From sequence record PQ303785.1: a DNA stretch of 64,000 nucleotides. One strand, 5' to 3'. This stretch comes from Escherichia phage LYE-01. Position numbers and translations under genes: made by a program. Under the pieces are notes generated by a model, which saw only the letters and a list, made by a program, of their open reading frames with translations, made no database searches and had not been told where the DNA came from. Positions 1-11,412 of this stretch are shown here, in pieces; within the stretch, counting starts at the first letter, position 1, and each line of letters starts with the position of its first letter.

Positions 1-869
1 ACTTCGATTGGCAAGACCAAGATAAAATTAATGAATTAGCAGAAGTTCAAGTTCGCGCTCTTGATAATCTTTTGGATTACCAAGGATATCCAGTTCCTGA
101 AGCAGAAAAAGCTAAAAAGCGTCGAAATCTTGGTGTAGGTGTTACCAACTATGCAGCTTGGCTGGCAAGTAACTTTGCTTCTTATGAAGATGCTAACGAT
201 TTAACACATGAACTATTTGAGAGATTACAGTATGGACTCATTAAAGCATCCATTAAGCTCGCCAAAGAAAAAGGACCTTGCGAATATTATTCAGACACTC
301 GTTGGTCTCGAGGCGAATTACCTATCGACTGGTACAATAAAAAGATTGACCAAATCGCAGCTCCAAAATACGTTTGTGACTGGTCGGCGCTGCGGGAAGA
401 CCTTAAGCTCTTTGGCATCCGTAATAGCACATTATCAGCACTTATGCCATGTGAGTCATCTTCCCAAGTTTCTAACAGTACAAACGGTATCGAGCCTCCA
501 CGTGGACCAGTCTCTGTTAAAGAATCAAAAGAGGGTTCCTTTAATCAAGTCGTGCCCAATATTGAACATAACATAGACCTATATGATTATACGTGGAAAT
601 TAGCTAAGAAAGGTAATAAACCTTATCTTACGCAGGTAGCTATTATGCTGAAATGGGTATGTCAATCAGCTTCAGCGAATACATATTATGACCCGCAGAT
701 TTTTCCAAAAGGAAAGGTTCCAATGTCTGTAATGATTGATGACCTTTTGTACTTTTGGTATTTTGGCGGAAAAAATTTCTATTATCATAATACCCGTGAT
801 GGTTCTGGTACTGATGATTATGAAATAGAAACTCCAAAAGCTGAAGATTGTTCATCCTGTAAATTATGA
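1..869 (+). CDS. nrdA: Ribonucleotide reductase large subunit, C-terminal part (gene begins upstream of window)
   Basis: Frame is open from the window edge to the stop at 867-869 (track ORF 72..869 begins at an internal TTG); C-terminal Cys pair CSSC typical of class Ia RNR alpha tail; directly followed by nrdB. Confidence 0.8.
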   Translation, partial: FDWQDQDKINELAEVQVRALDNLLDYQGYPVPEAEKAKKRRNLGVGVTNYAAWLASNFASYEDANDLTHELFERLQYGLIKASIKLAKEKGPCEYYSDTRWSRGELPIDWYNKKIDQIAAPKYVCDWSALREDLKLFGIRNSTLSALMPCESSSQVSNSTNGIEPPRGPVSVKESKEGSFNQVVPNIEHNIDLYDYTWKLAKKGNKPYLTQVAIMLKWVCQSASANTYYDPQIFPKGKVPMSVMIDDLLYFWYFGGKNFYYHNTRDGSGTDDYEIETPKAEDCSSCKL

Positions 870-920
870 TATAATTTGACTCACGGACGAGTCACTATCT
901 ATTAACTAAGTGGAAAATTT

Positions 921-2099
921 ATGAGCACAGTTTTTAATACAAATCCAGTTGATGTTTTAAAAGAACCTATGTTCTTCGGTTCAGGTCTTGGTATTGCGCG
1001 TTACGATATTCAACGTCATAAAGTTTTTGAAGATTTAACTGAAAAGCAGTTGTCATTTTTCTGGCGTCCTGAAGAAGTAAACTTGATGATGGATGCTGCG
1101 CAATTTAACAAGCTTCCTCAGTATCAGCAAGATATTTTTACTAATAACCTGAAGTATCAATCACTTCTAGATAGCATTCAGGGTCGTGCACCGTCTGCAG
1201 TACTTATGTCATTAATTTCAGATCCAAGTCTTGATACATGGGTTGCTACATGGACTTTTAGTGAAACTATTCACAGCCGTTCATATACTCATATCATGCG
1301 AAATCTTTATACTGATCCATCAAAGGTATTTGATGAGATTGTACTAGATAAAGCTATTATGAAACGTGCTGAGTCCATTGGTCGCTATTACGATGATGTT
1401 CTTAAAAAGACCCGTGAATGGGAAAATGCTAAAGAATTTGTAGAACTAGCTAAAGAATCTCCTGATGCTGATTTTCGTTTAAATCGAGCTATTAAACAAG
1501 AAGCCGAAGCTAAACGAGCACTAATGAAATCTCTTTATCTTTGCCTCCATGTAATCAATGCATTGGAAGCTATTCGTTTTTATGTATCTTTCGCATGTAC
1601 CTTTAACTTCCATAAGAACATGGAAATCATGGAAGGTAATGCTAAGATTATGAAGTTCATTGCGCGTGATGAGCAACTTCATCTTAAAGGCACTCAATAT
1701 ATTATTCGTCAACTTCAACTTGGCACTGACGGTGATGAATGGGTTAAAATTGCTCAAGAGTGTGAACAAGAAGCAGTTGATATTTTCATGGAAGTTAACC
1801 GTCAAGAAAAAGACTGGGCAGTTCATTTATTTAAAGATGGCGATGTTCCCGGATTAAATACAAATAGCATGTGGAGCTTTATTGATTACTTAACTGTATC
1901 TCGTATGAAACATTGTGGTCTTCCATGTCCAATTACCGATGCTCCGGTTAAACATCCATATCCTTGGATTCGTGAATACCTTAATTCTGATAATGTTCAA
2001 TCCGCGCCACAAGAAGTAGAACTGTCATCTTACCTTGTAGCACAGATTGATAATGATGTTGATGATAAAGTTATGATGAGTTTTAAAAAATATTTTTAA
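921..2099 (+). CDS. nrdB: Ribonucleotide reductase small subunit, 392 aa, uninterrupted
   Basis: Track ORF; two E-x-x-H di-iron motifs (SETIHSRSY, RDEQLHLKG); continuous reading frame with no intron. Confidence 0.9.
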   Translation: MSTVFNTNPVDVLKEPMFFGSGLGIARYDIQRHKVFEDLTEKQLSFFWRPEEVNLMMDAAQFNKLPQYQQDIFTNNLKYQSLLDSIQGRAPSAVLMSLISDPSLDTWVATWTFSETIHSRSYTHIMRNLYTDPSKVFDEIVLDKAIMKRAESIGRYYDDVLKKTREWENAKEFVELAKESPDADFRLNRAIKQEAEAKRALMKSLYLCLHVINALEAIRFYVSFACTFNFHKNMEIMEGNAKIMKFIARDEQLHLKGTQYIIRQLQLGTDGDEWVKIAQECEQEAVDIFMEVNRQEKDWAVHLFKDGDVPGLNTNSMWSFIDYLTVSRMKHCGLPCPITDAPVKHPYPWIREYLNSDNVQSAPQEVELSSYLVAQIDNDVDDKVMMSFKKYF

Positions 2100-2104
2100 G
2101 GAGT

Positions 2105-2124
2105 GGGCCGCAAGGCCCATTTTA
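2105..2124 (+). terminator. Stem-loop GGGCC-GCAA-GGCCC followed by AT-rich run, just after nrdB stop
   Basis: Perfect 5-bp GC stem with GNRA tetraloop read directly from sequence. Confidence 0.45.
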
Positions 2125-2126
2125 TT

Positions 2127-3714
<1,588 letters not shown>

Positions 3715-3717
3715 GCT

Positions 3718-3771
3718 GTTTACAAGTCCCTCGTGTTGTGTTACAGTAGTCTTACTGACATAACATGAGGA
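3718..3771 (+). promoter_or_regulatory. Early-promoter-like element (GTTTAC -35, degenerate -10 TACAGT) plus conserved leader ending in GAGGA; copy 1 of a duplicated 54-bp cassette
   Basis: About 50 of 54 nt identical to 19537..19590; sits immediately upstream of alc. Confidence 0.45.
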
Positions 3772-3778
3772 CTTTATG

Positions 3779-4282
3779 ATGGATTTACAGCTTATTACTA
3801 CTGAAATGGTCGTTGAAGCATATGGTGATACTACAGATGGGATTTCTGTATTTAAAGGAAATCGTCGAGTTGGATATATCACCGATCTTAAGAAAGATTT
3901 AGCTAAGCAAGTTAAGCGGAAAACGACCATCAAAGAATATCGAAATCGTCGTCTTGAGCAAGCCCGTGATATGCTTCCTGATGCAGTTGAGGAGATGAAA
4001 GTCTTTTTAGAAAATCAGCTTGCGAAATATGATTGTGAAGTATTCATTAATCAGACTCAACCTAATGTTCATATTAATAACTGTAAATGCTACATCATTG
4101 TTAATCCTTTGACAGAAAAGCATCGTCTTGGAATTAGTAATCCAAATCGTAGCGCATCAGATATGGCAGAAGATGTTGAGGCATGCTTTAAAATTTCTAA
4201 ATCTCCAGCTGAACATCATATTTTAATTAACGGTCTTTCTCAAGACGATATTGTAGAGGTTATTAAAACTTTATGCATGTAA
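3779..4282 (+). CDS. alc: Alc, inhibitor of host transcription, 167 aa
   Basis: Track ORF 3776..4282 begins MM; second ATG gives 167 aa as in T4; position between rnlA and pseT. Confidence 0.75.
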   Translation: MDLQLITTEMVVEAYGDTTDGISVFKGNRRVGYITDLKKDLAKQVKRKTTIKEYRNRRLEQARDMLPDAVEEMKVFLENQLAKYDCEVFINQTQPNVHINNCKCYIIVNPLTEKHRLGISNPNRSASDMAEDVEACFKISKSPAEHHILINGLSQDDIVEVIKTLCM

Positions 4283-4626
4283 GTAATTTTACAGCTGGAT
4301 TGCTATTACTTGTAATAGCATTTGGCGGAACATCTATTATTTTAAAAAATAAGGTAGAAAGATTAGAAACATCGGTTACTGAAATTACAAAAACGGCCAA
4401 TGAAAACGCTTTAGCATTAGATAATTTGCGAATTCAGTATAATTATATTGATGCGATGAATAATAAAAATCGTGAGGCAATTGCTGCTATTGAGCGTGAA
4501 AATGAAAAACTGCGCAAAGATGCAAAGAAGGCGGATGTGGTGGCTCATAAGCCAGGATTGGTTGAAAAACAAATCAACAACTCCTTCAACAAGTTCGCAG
4601 AAGACATCCAGGACCTTTCTAAATGA
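4273..4626 (+). CDS. Small membrane protein (N-terminal TM helix plus coiled-coil), 117 aa
   Basis: Track ORF; hydrophobic stretch AGLLLLVIAFGGTSIIL; start overlaps alc stop. Confidence 0.55.
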   Translation: MHVSNFTAGLLLLVIAFGGTSIILKNKVERLETSVTEITKTANENALALDNLRIQYNYIDAMNNKNREAIAAIERENEKLRKDAKKADVVAHKPGLVEKQINNSFNKFAEDIQDLSK

Positions 4627-4922
4627 TTAAACTATCGGCAGTAATATTATCTATTGGTCTTCTAGTTGGTTGTTCGACAAAGCCTCTAGAAGTAAAGAAA
4701 GAAACAGTTCATCCTAATTGGCCTGTGCAAATAAAGTCATATGATGAAGCTAAACTATCTTGGCAAGTTAAAGTCATTGATGGTAAAGCTTGGGTCGGTA
4801 TGCCATTTGAAGATTCCCAGGAATTTCGTATTTGGCTTAATGATGTAAAACGATATGTACATGACCAAAAAACTATGATATGTTATTATCGTCAAGAGCT
4901 AAAAGAGGATAAATGTAAATGA
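4623..4922 (+). CDS. Predicted lipoprotein, 99 aa
   Basis: Track ORF; signal peptide with lipobox LVGC (MIKLSAVILSIGLLVGCS); ATGA overlap with upstream ORF. Confidence 0.55.
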   Translation: MIKLSAVILSIGLLVGCSTKPLEVKKETVHPNWPVQIKSYDEAKLSWQVKVIDGKAWVGMPFEDSQEFRIWLNDVKRYVHDQKTMICYYRQELKEDKCK

Positions 4923-5145
4923 TTTCATGGCATCAATTTGAACATCTCAAAGGATTGATTTATGAATCTGAGATGGCTGCAATGATTTATGGACGCCAGA
5001 TTCAACGATTAGAATCTTTGCCTCCAACTAATGATGTTTTATTAGCTCAATCACGTGCTAATCTCAAAAATGAATACCAAAATAAGTGGGGTAAAGCATC
5101 TAAAGACCTGCATGATTATATTCAATCATTAGTTGAGAAAAATAA

Positions 5146-5149
<4 letters not shown>
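4919..5149 (+). CDS. Hypothetical protein, 76 aa
   Basis: Track ORF; translationally coupled (ATGA overlap) in alc-pseT accessory cluster. Confidence 0.5.
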
Positions 5150-6370
<1,221 letters not shown>

Positions 6371-6371
<1 letters not shown>

Positions 6372-6568
6372 TGGCTTTGCATCATGAAACTTGGGCTATT
6401 GTTATTGTAAATAGTGGTTTAGTTGGTACTAGTAATGGGCAATTTTGTGTTTTCACTAGTGAAATCAGAGCTTGGGAGGAATGCCTTAAATTAAGAGAAA
6501 AGAATCCTGATGTTGAACTAACAGTAAAGAAAACTAAACTGCCTTTACCATGGAAAACTTATGAATAA
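6371..6568 (+). CDS. Hypothetical early protein, 65 aa
   Basis: Track ORF, coupled to pseT stop. Confidence 0.45.
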
Positions 6569-6761
6569 CATAGAAAAGATTTATCGTCTTTGTGATAAAA
6601 TTGAAAAAGAAAAGAAATATCTATTTTGTCTATGGCCTATTGTTGACGGAAGAGTAGGCTTAGATGTTATTGATTATGAAACAGAAGACAAAGTAGATGG
6701 TTCAATTTTTGATAACGCTTTGGATGTTATTGATTGGCTTGAAGAAAATTATGTGAGGTAA
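6561..6761 (+). CDS. Hypothetical early protein, 66 aa
   Basis: Track ORF. Confidence 0.45.
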   Translation: MNNIEKIYRLCDKIEKEKKYLFCLWPIVDGRVGLDVIDYETEDKVDGSIFDNALDVIDWLEENYVR

Positions 6762-6763
6762 AT

Positions 6764-7039
6764 ATGTTTCCGACTTACTCTAAAATCGTAGAAGTAGTGT
6801 TTAGCCAAATTATCGCTAATAATATGTTTGAAAAACTTGATAACGCAGCTGAGCTTCGAATTCATGCTCAAGTGACTCATGTATTGAACACTTTGCTTCC
6901 AGACCAGGTGGATTCTATCGCCATTACACTGTATCCAGGTTCTGCGCATATCATTGTTGTATTTGGTCTTGATGCTGAGTTAGTTATCAAGGGCGATATT
7001 CGCTTTGAATCGCAGACATCAGAATTCAAAGCAATTTAA
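6764..7039 (+). CDS. Hypothetical early protein, 91 aa
   Basis: Track ORF. Confidence 0.45.
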   Translation: MFPTYSKIVEVVFSQIIANNMFEKLDNAAELRIHAQVTHVLNTLLPDQVDSIAITLYPGSAHIIVVFGLDAELVIKGDIRFESQTSEFKAI

Positions 7040-7042
7040 CAG

Positions 7043-7072
7043 TTTACTTTACGGTAGAGTTGTGATATTATA
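7043..7072 (+). promoter_or_regulatory. Candidate T4-type early promoter (GTTTAC, about 17-18 nt spacer, TGATATTAT -10) with 7-bp inverted repeat GGTAGAG/CTCTACC bracketing the -10
   Basis: Read from sequence; lies in the 62-bp gap before the 7102 ORF. Confidence 0.4.
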
Positions 7073-7101
7073 GCTCTACCAAAACAAATGAGGAAATTGA
7101 A

Positions 7102-7629
7102 ATGAGCGAATGGTTTGAAGAAGATAAGGTTTATCGCTTTAAAGCTGGATATAAAGATATTTTTAATGAAACTTGCGGAGCTAATAAACGAATTGCACAG
7201 TTTATTGGGGAAAATTCATTTAAAGTAAAAATAGATCCTGCGAAAAATGTTATTAGCATTAAACGTGAAATTGATGATTGCTGGTATAAAGCTGTTGATG
7301 TAATGGGTGAATCCTATAAAGTTAGTCCGTTATTTTCAATTGCTTATATGTTAGAATATTCTTTTTTCGAAGAAGTTCAAAAAGATGATTCTGTCAGTAA
7401 ATTTGAAATTAAAGCTGATAAAGAAATTAAATGGAAAGTAGTAGGTATTACTGGTTGTATGTTCTATATCTATGCTCAAACTGATACGAAGGAAGAAGCT
7501 AAAAAGAAAGCTCTAGAATATCTTGAAGAGTATGAAGAAGGTCCGGTAATGATTACTCAAGATGCCGAATTAGTTTCTGTCAAATTAGTTAAAAACGTTG
7601 AAAGTAAGGAGCTTGGATCAACATGCTAA
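7102..7629 (+). CDS. Hypothetical protein, 175 aa
   Basis: Track ORF with upstream GAGGA RBS. Confidence 0.55.
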   Translation: MSEWFEEDKVYRFKAGYKDIFNETCGANKRIAQFIGENSFKVKIDPAKNVISIKREIDDCWYKAVDVMGESYKVSPLFSIAYMLEYSFFEEVQKDDSVSKFEIKADKEIKWKVVGITGCMFYIYAQTDTKEEAKKKALEYLEEYEEGPVMITQDAELVSVKLVKNVESKELGSTC

Positions 7630-7859
7630 GCGAAAAACCAATTACTGTTAAAGAATTCCAAGAAAAAGTTAAACTATTTGCTCAGGAATTGGTAAATAAG
7701 GTTTCTGAACGATTTCCTGAAACATCGGTTCGTGTTATTACCGAAACTCCTCGTTCAGTATTAGTAATTGTGAATCCAGGTGATGGTGACCAAATAACAC
7801 ATCTCAAATTGGATTTTGATGGATTAGTTGAAGCACAAAGGGTGTATGGCGTACTATGA
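7623..7859 (+). CDS. Hypothetical protein, 78 aa
   Basis: Track ORF. Confidence 0.45.
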   Translation: MLSEKPITVKEFQEKVKLFAQELVNKVSERFPETSVRVITETPRSVLVIVNPGDGDQITHLKLDFDGLVEAQRVYGVL

Positions 7860-8194
7860 TGAATTTAACTGATATAATTGATAATTGTCTTGAAAATGAT
7901 ACTGGCGATCATAGAGCGCTTGATTCTGAAACAGCACAGTTCATTAGAATAACTTTAATGAATGATACTCTAGTGAATAGTATTCATCCTTCTGTGTATG
8001 ATGCTATTATTGTGACGAAGTATCCAGTTGAGCTTCACAAAAAGATGGCTGGTGCAATTTTTATTGATAAGAAAAACCGCTTTAAAGATGGGCAGAATAT
8101 AATTAGTTCTGTTATTAAAAGTATAACTAAACTTCGTCACGAAATTTATCGTGTTGAAACTGCTAAATCTGCTTATCTGGTGATTATGAAATGA
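7856..8194 (+). CDS. Hypothetical protein, 112 aa
   Basis: Track ORF. Confidence 0.45.
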   Translation: MMNLTDIIDNCLENDTGDHRALDSETAQFIRITLMNDTLVNSIHPSVYDAIIVTKYPVELHKKMAGAIFIDKKNRFKDGQNIISSVIKSITKLRHEIYRVETAKSAYLVIMK

Positions 8195-8772
8195 AAGCGA
8201 GTACAGTACTTCAAATTGCATATTTAGTATCACAAGAATCAAAATGTTGCTCCTGGAAGGTAGGAGCAGTAATTGAAAAGAATGGACGTATTATTTCTAC
8301 TGGGTATAATGGTTCGCCTGCAGGTGGTGTGAATTGCTGTGATTATGCTGCTGAGCAAGGTTGGTTGCTGAATAAGCCTAAACATACTATCATTCAAGGT
8401 CATAAGCCTGAATGCGTATCATTTGGTTCAACTGATCGTTTTGTCTTAGCGAAAGAACACCGCAGCGCTCATTCTGAATGGTCGTCTAAAAATGAAATTC
8501 ATGCTGAACTAAATGCAATTTTGTTTGCTGCACGAAATGGTTCTTCAATTGAAGGTGCTACTATGTATGTAACACTTTCTCCTTGCCCAGATTGTGCAAA
8601 AGCGATAGCTCAATCTGGAATTAAAAAGCTGGTTTATTGTGAAACATACGATAAAAATAAACCTGGCTGGGATGATATTCTGCGAAATGCGGGTATTGAA
8701 GTGTTTAATGTTCCTAAGAAAAACTTGAATAAGTTAAACTGGGAAAATATCAACGAATTCTGTGGTGAATAA
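8191..8772 (+). CDS. cd: dCMP deaminase, 193 aa
   Basis: Track ORF; zinc-binding deaminase motifs HAE (HAELNAI) and PCxxC (SPCPDCAKAI); length equals T4 Cd. Confidence 0.9.
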   Translation: MKASTVLQIAYLVSQESKCCSWKVGAVIEKNGRIISTGYNGSPAGGVNCCDYAAEQGWLLNKPKHTIIQGHKPECVSFGSTDRFVLAKEHRSAHSEWSSKNEIHAELNAILFAARNGSSIEGATMYVTLSPCPDCAKAIAQSGIKKLVYCETYDKNKPGWDDILRNAGIEVFNVPKKNLNKLNWENINEFCGE

Positions 8773-9008
8773 TGAAATTTCGTTTGGTACAACTCACAGC
8801 AATTAGTTCTTATTCCAACGAGAACATTTCATTTGCTGTAGAGTATAAGAAATATTTTTTCTCTAAATGGAAACAGTATTATAAGTCAGACTGGGTTTGT
8901 ATTGATAGACCGTATAGTTGGAAATCTGATTTAGAAAAATGCCAAAAACTGCTTTCCACTCTTAAAGAACGTGGAACAACTCATATTAAAACTGTGATAG
9001 GTAAATAA
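8772..9008 (+). CDS. Hypothetical protein, 78 aa
   Basis: Track ORF. Confidence 0.45.
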   Translation: MKFRLVQLTAISSYSNENISFAVEYKKYFFSKWKQYYKSDWVCIDRPYSWKSDLEKCQKLLSTLKERGTTHIKTVIGK

Positions 9009-9317
9009 ATGAAACTGACGACTGAACAGAAAGTAGCAATTCGTGAAATTTTGAAAACTAAATTGTCCATGGGTATTTCAAACGTAGTTTTTGAAAAGTC
9101 TGATGGTACTATTCGTACTATGAAAGGTACTCGTGATGCAGACTTTATGCCAACCATGCAAACCGGTAAATTGACTGAATCAACTCGGAAAGAATCTACT
9201 GATATGATTCCAGTATTTGATGTTGAGCTTGGTGCATGGCGAGGTTTTTCTATTGACAAATTGATTTCTGTTAATGGTATGAAAGTTGAGCATTTGCTTC
9301 AATTTATTGGTAAATAA
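9009..9317 (+). CDS. Hypothetical protein, 102 aa
   Basis: Track ORF. Confidence 0.5.
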   Translation: MKLTTEQKVAIREILKTKLSMGISNVVFEKSDGTIRTMKGTRDADFMPTMQTGKLTESTRKESTDMIPVFDVELGAWRGFSIDKLISVNGMKVEHLLQFIGK

Positions 9318-9318
9318 A

Positions 9319-9343
9319 TGCTTTAAGAATTATTTGTTATTAT
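9319..9343 (+). promoter_or_regulatory. Candidate MotA-dependent middle promoter (MotA box TGCTTTA, about 12 nt, TATTAT) upstream of gene 31
   Basis: Motif match read from sequence; about 30 nt upstream of the gene 31 RBS. Confidence 0.35.
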
Positions 9344-9373
9344 TAATTCATCTGTTAACAAAAAGGAAAAACG

Positions 9374-9709
9374 ATGTCTGAAATACAACAGCTACCAATT
9401 CGTGCTGTCGGTGAATATGTTATTTTAGTTTCTGAACCTGCGCAAGCCGGTGATGAAGAAGTTACAGAATCAGGACTTATTATCGGTAAACGTGTTCAAG
9501 GTGAAGTTCCTGAACTGTGTGTAATTCACTCTGTCGGTCCTGATGTTCCTGAAGGTTTTTGTGAAGTTGGTGATTTGACTTCTCTTCCAGTTGGTCAAAT
9601 TCGAAACGTTCCGCATCCTTTTGTAGCTCTGGGTCTTAAGCAGCCAAAAGAAATTAAACAAAAATTCGTTACCTGTCACTATAAAGCTATTCCATGTCTT
9701 TATAAGTGA
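9374..9709 (+). CDS. 31: Co-chaperonin for head assembly (GroES analogue), 111 aa
   Basis: Track ORF; sequence and length match recalled T4 gp31. Confidence 0.85.
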   Translation: MSEIQQLPIRAVGEYVILVSEPAQAGDEEVTESGLIIGKRVQGEVPELCVIHSVGPDVPEGFCEVGDLTSLPVGQIRNVPHPFVALGLKQPKEIKQKFVTCHYKAIPCLYK

Positions 9710-9856
9710 TATAAATAATAATATGAATTGGGTGTCGGAATAATAAGTTAACCGAACAATTCTATGTGGTAGTCTACAACTGAGAGATCTGTCGAAAGAA
9801 GATGAAATTCAGAAGAACGTGACTACCGAGTTTTAATCTCTAACGAGAATTTTTAA

Positions 9857-10105
9857 ATGATTAAACAATTACAACACGCTCTTGAACTGCAACGAAACGC
9901 ATGGAATAATGGTCACGAAAACTATGGCGCATCTATTGATGTTGAAGCCGAAGCTCTTGAAATCCTGCGTTATTTCAAACATCTGAATCCTGCTCAAACT
10001 GCATTAGCTGCTGAGCTTCAGGAAAAAGATGAACTTAAATATGCTAAGCCTCTGGCTTCTGCTGCACGAAAAGCAGTTCGTCACTTTGTGGTAACATTGA
10101 AGTAA
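9857..10105 (+). CDS. rIII: rIII lysis-inhibition accessory protein, 82 aa
   Basis: Track ORF; length and position after gene 31 as in T4. Confidence 0.75.
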   Translation: MIKQLQHALELQRNAWNNGHENYGASIDVEAEALEILRYFKHLNPAQTALAAELQEKDELKYAKPLASAARKAVRHFVVTLK

Positions 10106-10350
10106 TTTATTGGAGATTCACTGCCTTAGTGTGAGCTAAAATCGAGGAGCCGTCGAACTGTCTGATTAATGATTTGCGAATCATTATAGTTTTAAGACCC
10201 CGGCAGTTTTACGGTGTACCTCTTGAATGTGAATGATGACGGGTTTATGGTTATCCTGGTCGTTAAATATCCAAAAACCTATGTTCCCCTTGAGGGCTTG
10301 CGCAGGCAATGCCAATAAGTCCTGCATTTTCATTTAAAAGAGAATTTATA

Positions 10351-10527
10351 ATGGCAAAACAAGCTAAAGCAAAGAAAGCAGTTGAAAAGAAAGTTGGTGA
10401 TTCTAAACGCGCTGGTTACAAGCGTGGGTCGAACTCTCGTATCAATCAAACTGTTGAGAAGATCATGCGCCGAGCACGTGCGGTTCTTCGAGATGATGCT
10501 TCTCGTTTTGGTAAGCAGAAAGCATAA
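10351..10527 (+). CDS. Small highly basic protein, 58 aa
   Basis: Track ORF 10309..10527; first in-frame ATG at 10351 gives MAKQAKAKKAVEKK...; Lys/Arg-rich; followed by a strong terminator. Confidence 0.5.
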   Translation: MAKQAKAKKAVEKKVGDSKRAGYKRGSNSRINQTVEKIMRRARAVLRDDASRFGKQKA

Positions 10528-10532
10528 GTTGA

Positions 10533-10556
10533 GGACTCCTTCGGGAGTCCTTTTTT
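10533..10556 (+). terminator. Intrinsic terminator: GGACTCC-TTCG-GGAGTCC followed by TTTTTT
   Basis: 7-bp stem, UUCG tetraloop and U-run read directly. Confidence 0.7.
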
Positions 10557-10580
10557 ATTTTCCAAAGATTGCACAAAGTT

Positions 10581-10610
10581 GTTTACAGTATAGTTCCTTT
10601 GTGATAGTAT
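10581..10610 (+). promoter_or_regulatory. Candidate early promoter (GTTTAC -35, TAGTAT-like -10)
   Basis: Read from sequence, upstream of the 10638 ORF. Confidence 0.35.
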
Positions 10611-10637
10611 TATCTTACACAAACAAAGGAGAATAAA

Positions 10638-10970
10638 ATGAAAACGATTAATCTGAACGCTGCGGTTAAAGCTAAATGTTTCAATGGTGAATATAACGAA
10701 ACTATGTGGTTCTTAATGGCAGTTGAAGGTGATATTATTGAAGTAGAAACAACAGAAGGTATGGGAACAGATTTCACCTTTACAATTCAAGTTCATAATT
10801 TCTTTACTGGTTGGATTTATGAATTGAATACAGTAATCGTTGGAAAAATTGAACAAAATGAATTAGGTGAATGGTATTATGTTACAGCTCGCCAACGTGC
10901 AGAACGCTTAATTGAGAAGATGAAAAAAGTTGGCAAACTTGACATGCAGCACTGGAAAGTAGTAAAATAA
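10638..10970 (+). CDS. Hypothetical protein, 110 aa
   Basis: Track ORF with AAGGAG RBS. Confidence 0.55.
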   Translation: MKTINLNAAVKAKCFNGEYNETMWFLMAVEGDIIEVETTEGMGTDFTFTIQVHNFFTGWIYELNTVIVGKIEQNELGEWYYVTARQRAERLIEKMKKVGKLDMQHWKVVK

Positions 10971-10972
10971 TT

Positions 10973-11011
10973 GTTTACTTTGGTACAGGATATGATATTA
11001 TATACCTGTAC
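10973..11011 (+). promoter_or_regulatory. Candidate early promoter (GTTTAC, TGATATTAT) bracketed by 8-bp inverted repeat GGTACAGG/CCTGTACC
   Basis: Same architecture as the 7043 element; read from sequence. Confidence 0.4.
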
Positions 11012-11038
11012 CGCAATTAAACATCTTGGAGAATAAAA

Positions 11039-11404
11039 ATGAACTACATCAACTTTGAACGTAAATATGTTTCTAACGGTATTGCAGGTTCTATTGATAC
11101 TATTTGCCTTTGGAAACATCAAAATGGATCAGTATGCGAAATTGAACAGTATATGACTCCTAACTACGTTTATATGCGATTTGAAAATGGCATCACGGTT
11201 TCAATCACGAAAGAAGGTTCTTCTTTTAAAATCGCATTAGATGATGATTTCCGTCAACGCGATTTAGGTACTCATCCTTGCTGGAATGGCGTCAATCGTA
11301 AGCTTCTGGTTAAAACTTGGATTCGTCATATTCTGAGTAACAGAGCTAAACCTGAGCATCTTGAAGCGATCTTTGATGTAGTTCTTAATGAATTTGATAT
11401 TTAA
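11039..11404 (+). CDS. Hypothetical protein, 121 aa
   Basis: Track ORF with GGAG RBS. Confidence 0.55.
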   Translation: MNYINFERKYVSNGIAGSIDTICLWKHQNGSVCEIEQYMTPNYVYMRFENGITVSITKEGSSFKIALDDDFRQRDLGTHPCWNGVNRKLLVKTWIRHILSNRAKPEHLEAIFDVVLNEFDI

Positions 11405-11412
11405 AATAAAAT

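Noticed and set aside
208-855. ORFs 208..576 (+) and 643..855 (-) overlapping nrdA
   Set aside because: Out-of-frame or antisense to a well-supported gene; no RBS or independent support.
1521-1857. ORFs 1521..1826 (-) and 1660..1857 (+) inside nrdB
   Set aside because: Embedded in nrdB in other frames; typical spurious ORFs in AT-rich sequence.
921-2099. Possible group I intron in nrdB
   Set aside because: The frame is continuous at 392 aa with both iron-binding motifs; no interruption.
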